From a virus, in the UHGV virus genome UHGV-0248979: DNA of 64,000 nt; one strand, given 5' to 3'. Positions 58,599-64,000 of this stretch are shown here, piece after piece. The notes under the pieces are model-generated. The model did no database searches. It was not told where the DNA came from and saw only the letters and a list, made by a program, of their open reading frames with translations. A program made the position numbers and the translations under genes. Every line of letters begins with the position of its first letter. The first letter of the stretch is position 1.

Positions 58599-59798
58599 AT
58601 GGCCTCCATTGTATACCAATACCCTTTAGATTTAACGGGAACCCTAACCTCTAACGCCGTGGAGCGTCAGATTACGTTAGGTACAGGCAAAGTTAACCGT
58701 GCGTTTGCTTTCCCTGATGGTCCGTTTTATGCCGATACGTTCCGCTTGCGGGTTGCCAATCGACCTGGAGCGACATATGAGCGTGGAACGGACTATGAAC
58801 TGATTTTTGCACACCCGGCTTATGAGAAATTGACGAAGAACCGGGAAGTGGTAATGGCGGTTGTTGTAACGAACACCGCGATTCCGACCGATATCACGGT
58901 ATCGGCGCAAGTAGTTGGTGGTCCGCAGTCTGCAAATGTGACCGCGATTGAGCAAGCGATTGCCGAGTTGAAACTCGATAATCGAACTGTTGGCTTTAAA
59001 GACTTGCGAAATGTGCCGGACACGTTTCCTTCAGCACCAACGTATAAAGACGTCGGTGATATTTACGGCTTCGAATATATCATTACAGTGCTCGCTGGCA
59101 TTAAAGATGCGATAACTGCGGGTGATGCTGTACAGCTTGAGAACATCAAAGCGATTCTCGAAAGCCTGAAAAACGATTTCCTGGACGCGCTGAACGCGCA
59201 CATTAACTCCACTGGTAACGTCCACCATCTGGATATTCATCAGGTTAACGGGTTAACAGAAACGGAAATCCGCGCTTTAATTCGCAGTGTTCAGACAGCC
59301 ATTGATGCAACGATTGCCGATATCAATGCATTGAAGAAAGCGGACGTAGCGTTAGGAAAACGTATTGATGCCGTTGTCAAATCTCTGGAAGCGTGGAACG
59401 ACCAACTTAACGTCGTTGCACAAAACTACCAGAAAATGGCACTGGCAATGGCGAACCTAAACTCGTTAGTGTTACAGTTACAGAAAAATATCAACGATCT
59501 GAGCACCAAACTCAACCAAGCGATTCAACGTATTGCTGCGTTAGAGCAACGGGGTAATGAGACTGATCAGAAAATTGATAAACTGCAACAAAACCTGGAT
59601 GCGCTTAAACAACAGGTTGCGAATAACACGAACGCTATTAGTCAGGCGAATCAGAACCTACAAAACCACATTGCGGCGGATAATCCACACACAGGTTACC
59701 TGCACAAGAAATACGGTGGCGTGGTTCAGGCTTCAGTACACGTTAACGCTAACTTGACGTCCCGTGATGACGTTCAGGCAGAAGCAGGTACGAAATAA
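58599..59798 (+). CDS. short fiber-like protein with shared N-terminal domain and long coiled coil (399 aa)
   Basis: Start moved to ATG with SD AAGGAGAG; N-terminal GPFYADTFRL...GTDYEL; heptad-rich central region. Confidence 0.55.
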   Translation: MASIVYQYPLDLTGTLTSNAVERQITLGTGKVNRAFAFPDGPFYADTFRLRVANRPGATYERGTDYELIFAHPAYEKLTKNREVVMAVVVTNTAIPTDITVSAQVVGGPQSANVTAIEQAIAELKLDNRTVGFKDLRNVPDTFPSAPTYKDVGDIYGFEYIITVLAGIKDAITAGDAVQLENIKAILESLKNDFLDALNAHINSTGNVHHLDIHQVNGLTETEIRALIRSVQTAIDATIADINALKKADVALGKRIDAVVKSLEAWNDQLNVVAQNYQKMALAMANLNSLVLQLQKNINDLSTKLNQAIQRIAALEQRGNETDQKIDKLQQNLDALKQQVANNTNAISQANQNLQNHIAADNPHTGYLHKKYGGVVQASVHVNANLTSRDDVQAEAGTK

Positions 59799-59808
59799 TT
59801 TAATTACA

Positions 59809-59839
59809 GGAGGAACTATGTTTATGGACGTAGTCCTCC
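59809..59839 (+). terminator. hairpin GGAGGAACTA...TAGTCCTCC followed by T-run
   Basis: Approx. 9-bp stem, then ATTCTTTTTTATTTT. Confidence 0.5.
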
Positions 59840-59865
59840 ATTCTTTTTTATTTTAAGGATACGTG

Positions 59866-60258
59866 ATGGCGATCAGTGTTAAAAATGTGCGTGACCGAAT
59901 CACCAACGTAGAGAACCAAATGGCAACTGGCCCACGTGTTGATCCGCAAGTTGCGTCGAAAGCACATAACGCTGCTGATTCATTTTCAGGTTGGACACCC
60001 GGTCGATTAGATTGTGGAGGTAGCTGTAGCTGGACATGCTCAAACGGTTGTACGCATGGTTGTACGAGTTGTTCAGGTACATGTACATCGGTGTGCGTAG
60101 GAAGCTGTTCCTCTGCGTGTGGTAATCAATGCAGTGGTTGTAGCGGAACGTGTTCGGGTGGTTGTTCAGGATGTAGTGGGACTTGTAGTGGGGGATGTGC
60201 TGGACGTTGTTCCTCGGGGTGTAGTGGTTCTTGTGCAGGTGGTTGTTCTAACCCATAA
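59866..60258 (+). CDS. cysteine-rich leader+core small protein 1 (130 aa), candidate radical SAM substrate
   Basis: N-terminal ~55 aa non-Cys leader, then CGGSCSWTCS and ~26 Cys in CxxC/CxxxC repeats rich in Ser/Gly/Thr; SD AAGGA. Confidence 0.6.
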   Translation: MAISVKNVRDRITNVENQMATGPRVDPQVASKAHNAADSFSGWTPGRLDCGGSCSWTCSNGCTHGCTSCSGTCTSVCVGSCSSACGNQCSGCSGTCSGGCSGCSGTCSGGCAGRCSSGCSGSCAGGCSNP

Positions 60259-60277
60259 AAAATAAGGATCAATTCGA

Positions 60278-61192
60278 ATGGAAGAACTTACTAGACCGAC
60301 GGTATCCGATAAGCTTTACAGTAATCCGAGAACGTTAAACGTGATTACAACATCCAAATGTAATCTGGACTGTAGCTTCTGCGGCGGAGCCTATTACATG
60401 CATAGAGAGGATACAACCGCAGAAGTACAAAAGGAAAGTATTATCGAGGCGCTGGAAAATAACCCGACTATCACAAATATCCAATGGTCAGGGGGCGAAC
60501 CATTACTTGCCACGCGTAAAATTGATACCCTTATAGAAGAGATAAGGGAGAAGTATCCTCGTTGCGAACATTACCTGTATACCAATGGTTTAAAAATGCG
60601 TAAATCGCATCTACCGTTGTTAAAGGGTTTTGATAGTATCTTTTTTAGCATGGATGGATTCAAAGAATCAGAGCGTCCGTTCATGCGGATTATCGAAGAA
60701 AAACAATACGAGGTTTTGGAGACAATTTACGAATTGAAAAATATTCGTACTTGGGCGGTTTTGACACGCGAGCGTATTGGGGATAAACGTTGGTACGAAG
60801 ATATAATTGCGTTACATAACCACATTTACCATTATGGTTTTTGTGAGATGTCGCTGGTTTTGGACAAAAACATGCCAAAACCGTTATCTCCCGATCACGT
60901 TATGAACTTTATTTACGGGTATTTTAGAATTCAGGAGAATATAGAAAGACTGAATTCGTCCAATCGAAGTGAATGTGCGTTTACGCTAAATGCGTTATTT
61001 GATGAACCCTGTAACACATGTAGTCGTTGTTTTCGCATTGAGTCTGACGGTGCCCAGAACCAAGTAAAGAACGTTGAAATCGTAACGCAACACGGCTGTA
61101 GTGACTTGGCCAGAAAGGTTGGATTAGATGCTTACGACTATATACGTCGTGTGGTAGGGGCTAAGAATAGAGTCTCAGAAAAACTACGATAA
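60278..61192 (+). CDS. radical SAM enzyme, paralog 1 (304 aa)
   Basis: CNLDCSFC (CX3CX2C) Fe-S motif at residues 28-35, GGEPLL SAM-binding motif, extra C-terminal Cys cluster CNTCSRC. Confidence 0.8.
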   Translation: MEELTRPTVSDKLYSNPRTLNVITTSKCNLDCSFCGGAYYMHREDTTAEVQKESIIEALENNPTITNIQWSGGEPLLATRKIDTLIEEIREKYPRCEHYLYTNGLKMRKSHLPLLKGFDSIFFSMDGFKESERPFMRIIEEKQYEVLETIYELKNIRTWAVLTRERIGDKRWYEDIIALHNHIYHYGFCEMSLVLDKNMPKPLSPDHVMNFIYGYFRIQENIERLNSSNRSECAFTLNALFDEPCNTCSRCFRIESDGAQNQVKNVEIVTQHGCSDLARKVGLDAYDYIRRVVGAKNRVSEKLR

Positions 61193-61250
61193 TTTTACAG
61201 AAAGTGAATTATAATGTGTCCTAGGGGGCACTAAACCAGTAGGTATTAAA

Positions 61251-61649
61251 ATGGCGATTGGTTTATCTTCTTTAAAGGCCCGGCTAGATAACATAGACTC
61301 TACTGCATTAAAAAATACAGGTGCGGTGCAGAACTATATTCGTGGTAAAGCCACTAATAATAGCGATCTGTTTGGAGGACAGCCGAGAAATCACTATGAC
61401 TGTGGGGGTAGCTGTAGCTGGACGTGCTCAAGTTGTTCGGGCGGCTGTACCGGCAACGCCTCCGGCGGCTGCGGTTCTTCCTGTTCAGCGAACTGTGTTT
61501 CAGGATGTAGTACAGGTTGCACAGGTTGTAGCAGTACCTGCTCAGGAGGGTGCACAGGTAATTGCTCGGGCGGTTGTTCAAGTAGTTGCACCGGAACATG
61601 TTCAGGTTCATGTCGAGGCGGATGTCAGCAATCGTGTACTGGAAGATAA
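61251..61649 (+). CDS. cysteine-rich leader+core small protein 2 (132 aa), candidate radical SAM substrate
   Basis: Leader SLKARLDNIDST..., then HYDCGGSCSWTCSSCSGGC and long Cys-rich core. Confidence 0.6.
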   Translation: MAIGLSSLKARLDNIDSTALKNTGAVQNYIRGKATNNSDLFGGQPRNHYDCGGSCSWTCSSCSGGCTGNASGGCGSSCSANCVSGCSTGCTGCSSTCSGGCTGNCSGGCSSSCTGTCSGSCRGGCQQSCTGR

Positions 61650-61652
61650 GAA

Positions 61653-61862
61653 ATGATAAGTCTTAAAAACATACGCGACAGATTAGTAACGGCGGAGGGA
61701 TATATCACCACCGCTAATGCAAACAACTATATTGCAAACCAAGGAACGGTTTCCTCAACCAACAATCTCGCAGGATTACCTTTAAGTCATTATAATTGTA
61801 ATGGCGGATGTAGTTGGTCGTGCAGCGGTAGCTGTAGTAAGGGGGCGGGGGGGGGTAAGTAA
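61653..61862 (+). CDS. cysteine-rich leader+short-core protein 3 (69 aa as read); likely continues into next frame via G-tract slippage
   Basis: Leader ISLKNIRDRL..., HYNCNGGCSWSCSGSCS, terminates right after G5CG9 tract. Confidence 0.5.
   Translation: MISLKNIRDRLVTAEGYITTANANNYIANQGTVSSTNNLAGLPLSHYNCNGGCSWSCSGSCSKGAGGGK
61841..61855 (+). repeat. G5-C-G9 homopolymeric tract (slippage/frameshift-prone)
   Basis: GGGGGCGGGGGGGGG seen directly; removing one G joins the peptide-3 frame to the downstream 61863-62319 frame. Confidence 0.9.
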
Positions 61863-62319
61863 GCCCTCTAGCGGTGGTTCTACGCCAACCCCTTCAAGAC
61901 CAACCTACGACAACAAAGCCGTTGTTTATGTTGAGTCTAAGCTACACGCTAAAGATACTGTTCGTATCAATTTCTCTACTGGGGCTGTCTTTATTCAATG
62001 CGTAACGTTAACCGGTAGAGAGAAACCGATAAGGGTCTTTAAATCGTTACTGTCTGGAAAGTCCTACGCCTACCCTCAAGTTGCAATGGGTAATGGTATC
62101 ACTGTTAATTTTACAGACGCGGCTAGTTTTAAGATAGACTCTATCGGTAATGCATCTTCTGCTTCTATCTCATTAGAAGTATTAAGTAATTCCGGCGGAA
62201 GCATGGCGATTAAGCAGCAACCGAGTAAATCAAACGGCTTTACTGCAGAATTTGAAGTTACCGGCAGGCAATGGCGTGGCGGGTTCTATACCTTGAACGT
62301 CAGATTGACCGTAAAATAA
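61863..62319 (+). other. out-of-frame continuation ORF encoding a ~150-aa Ser/Pro/Thr-linker plus globular domain, reachable from peptide 3 by 1-nt frameshift
   Basis: +1 frame is open from 61801 through the G tract to the stop at 62317-62319. Confidence 0.5.
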
Positions 62320-62331
62320 TTGGAGTAATCA

Positions 62332-63219
62332 ATGAAAAACGATTTGCATTTAGCCTATAAAACAATTTTCAACCACCCACTTCATATTTCTTCCCCCGAT
62401 TCAATACGCGCTCATTTGGAAGATAAAGTTCGTTTGTTAACCCAGTTACCTGGCGAATGGCCCAAAGTGCGTGGTCGTTTTTTTACCGATCGCAATAACT
62501 ATTCAGTAGAAAACACTTTTAAAATACGCGATCTGACAGCAGAAAGCGTAGTGGTGTTTACCGGTGATTCAGATTTACGCGGTAAATTGGTTGACGGTAA
62601 ATATTTCTTTAGTGACGGTATTCTGAATAATTCTGTAGATTTGGAATTGTTCTTTACGCCATTTAAAGAGTTGAATGCGAAGCCTGTAGCACGACGTTGG
62701 TGGTCTCCAGACTATCTTGGTTCATTCCCGTACTTTTATGCCCTGGTTCCTGTAGAAACAAAAAACTATGTTGATACTGAACCGTATATTGAAATAGAAG
62801 GTTACGAGGAACTTGGCATCAACTGTTTAGCAGATCTGATGGCGTACAGTTACAAATTTATGTGGGATCGTGAACGTTCAGTATGGGTTGCCCTTACAGA
62901 TGAACATGAAATCACAAAACGTATTCGTAAACCATGGATGCAGCATTTAATTCAAACACGTATTGGTGAACATCCGTCATCGGAAGCAGATTTAGCGAAA
63001 CTTGTTAGTTTCTTAATGACGAAAGTCACGTTAACTGATGAAGAAAAAGCGGCAGTGTCGGCGGTATTGGAACGTAACGTAACGTTAGCGGATCTAGAAC
63101 GTTTAAACGTGCGTTATAAAGACCTTAATCGTATTATTGAGGCTTACAATTCACCGTTTGTATTAAAACCTGGAGTTAACGCTTACGACGATCCTTTGTT
63201 ATCCATTGGCTATATTTAA
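62332..63219 (+). CDS. hypothetical protein (295 aa) inside the radical SAM cassette
   Basis: ORF with SD-like GGAG upstream; no motif recognised. Confidence 0.55.
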   Translation: MKNDLHLAYKTIFNHPLHISSPDSIRAHLEDKVRLLTQLPGEWPKVRGRFFTDRNNYSVENTFKIRDLTAESVVVFTGDSDLRGKLVDGKYFFSDGILNNSVDLELFFTPFKELNAKPVARRWWSPDYLGSFPYFYALVPVETKNYVDTEPYIEIEGYEELGINCLADLMAYSYKFMWDRERSVWVALTDEHEITKRIRKPWMQHLIQTRIGEHPSSEADLAKLVSFLMTKVTLTDEEKAAVSAVLERNVTLADLERLNVRYKDLNRIIEAYNSPFVLKPGVNAYDDPLLSIGYI

Positions 63220-63241
63220 AAAATAGATGGACTCACCTGCA

Positions 63242-64000
63242 ATGACAACCGACGTAGAGCCAAGGTTATCGAATCGTTTATACAATAAACCCACCGTATT
63301 GTCCGTAGTTGCTACATCCAAATGTAATCTGGACTGTAGCTTCTGCGGCGGAGCCTATTACATGCATCGTGAAGATTCTCCGCGAGAGTTTCAACGTGAA
63401 CGAATTTTGAAAGCGTTGGCGTCTAACCCAACCATTACTGAAATTCAGTGGACTGGCGGTGAACCGCTACTGGCAACTCGAAAGATTGAGGCGTTTGTCG
63501 ACGAATTAAAAACGATCCGTCCTGAACTCAAACACCAGATGTTCACGAACGGTTTAAAAATGCGTAAATCGCATCTACCGTTGTTAAAACAATTCGATGG
63601 TATATATGTTAGCATCGATGGGTTTAATCTTTCTGAACGGCCTTTTAAGCGCTTTATTGATGATAATTGTCATGAAGCGTTAGAAGTAATTTACAGCTTG
63701 AATAATGTTAACACCTGGGCTGTTGTTACGAGGGAGAATTTATCCAATAAAAGATGGCATGAAGATATCATTCAATTACATACTGCTATCTATCATTACG
63801 GTTTTCGTTCCATGTCCTTATTACTAGATAAAAACATGCCAAAACCGTTATCTCCCGATCACGTTATGAACTTTATTTACGGGTATTTTAGAATTCAGGA
63901 GAATATAGAAAGATTAAACGTTCTAAATTCTAGAGACTGCGGTTTTATTGTAAACAGATTCTTCGATCATGCTTGTAATGTCTGTAGCGAAAGTCTCAGG
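63242..64000 (+). CDS. radical SAM enzyme, paralog 2 (3' partial, 253 aa in window)
   Basis: Manual translation (not in ORF track because no stop in window): SKCNLDCSFCGG, GGEPLL, C-terminal CNVCSE; blocks of nucleotide identity with paralog 1. Confidence 0.75.
   Translation, partial: MTTDVEPRLSNRLYNKPTVLSVVATSKCNLDCSFCGGAYYMHREDSPREFQRERILKALASNPTITEIQWTGGEPLLATRKIEAFVDELKTIRPELKHQMFTNGLKMRKSHLPLLKQFDGIYVSIDGFNLSERPFKRFIDDNCHEALEVIYSLNNVNTWAVVTRENLSNKRWHEDIIQLHTAIYHYGFRSMSLLLDKNMPKPLSPDHVMNFIYGYFRIQENIERLNVLNSRDCGFIVNRFFDHACNVCSESLR

Noticed and set aside
60278-61192. Reading the radical SAM genes as anaerobic ribonucleotide reductase activase (NrdG) or QueE
   Set aside because: Two paralogs interleaved with Cys-rich leader/core peptides, each ~300 aa with extra C-terminal cysteines, fit peptide maturases better; not excluded without profile searches (kept as refutation criterion).
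61321-61656. Alternate-frame and antisense ORFs across the Cys-rich peptide 2 region (61321-61656 plus, 61354-61611 and 61394-61591 minus)
   Set aside because: Produced by the low-complexity TGT/AGC/GGC codon repeats; the frame with the leader and the conserved CGGSCSWTCS motif is the coherent one.
1-64000. tRNA genes, integrase/recombinase, transposase, toxin-antitoxin pairs
   Set aside because: No cloverleaf-like conserved tRNA sequences or recombinase motifs were recognised by eye; intergenic spaces are mostly under 80 nt. A tRNA scan would be needed to exclude them formally.

Overview
Dense, phage-like 64-kb window with no obvious host housekeeping genes, rRNA, tRNA, CRISPR array or integrase (read by eye, no searches run). 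Roughly 1-43.4 kb is a tightly packed, almost entirely minus-strand block: nucleotide/DNA metabolism genes (MazG-like domain protein, thymidylate synthase with insertions, RNase H fusion, DEDDh exonuclease, SbcC/Rad50-like ATPase), many small hypotheticals with overlapping stop/start codons, three tandem paralog families, a run of five consecutive signal-peptide proteins, and accessory candidates (TARG1/DarG-like macro domain, GNAT, HEPN-like, lytic transglycosylase). After a 419-nt divergent intergenic region (41.6-42.0 kb) the plus strand carries a virion module: four giant tail-fiber-like paralogs (1440, 1393, 1728 and 399 aa) sharing an N-terminal domain. Immediately downstream (59.9-64.0 kb) is the most unusual locus: three leader-plus-cysteine-rich-core small proteins interleaved with two radical SAM paralogs, with a G5-C-G9 homopolymer at which a 1-nt slip fuses the third peptide to a downstream 150-aa domain. 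A DUF1471 (BhsA/YdgH-like) gene suggests an enterobacterial host. All functions are inferred from motifs I recognise in the translations; start codons were adjusted only where a Shine-Dalgarno sequence was visible.
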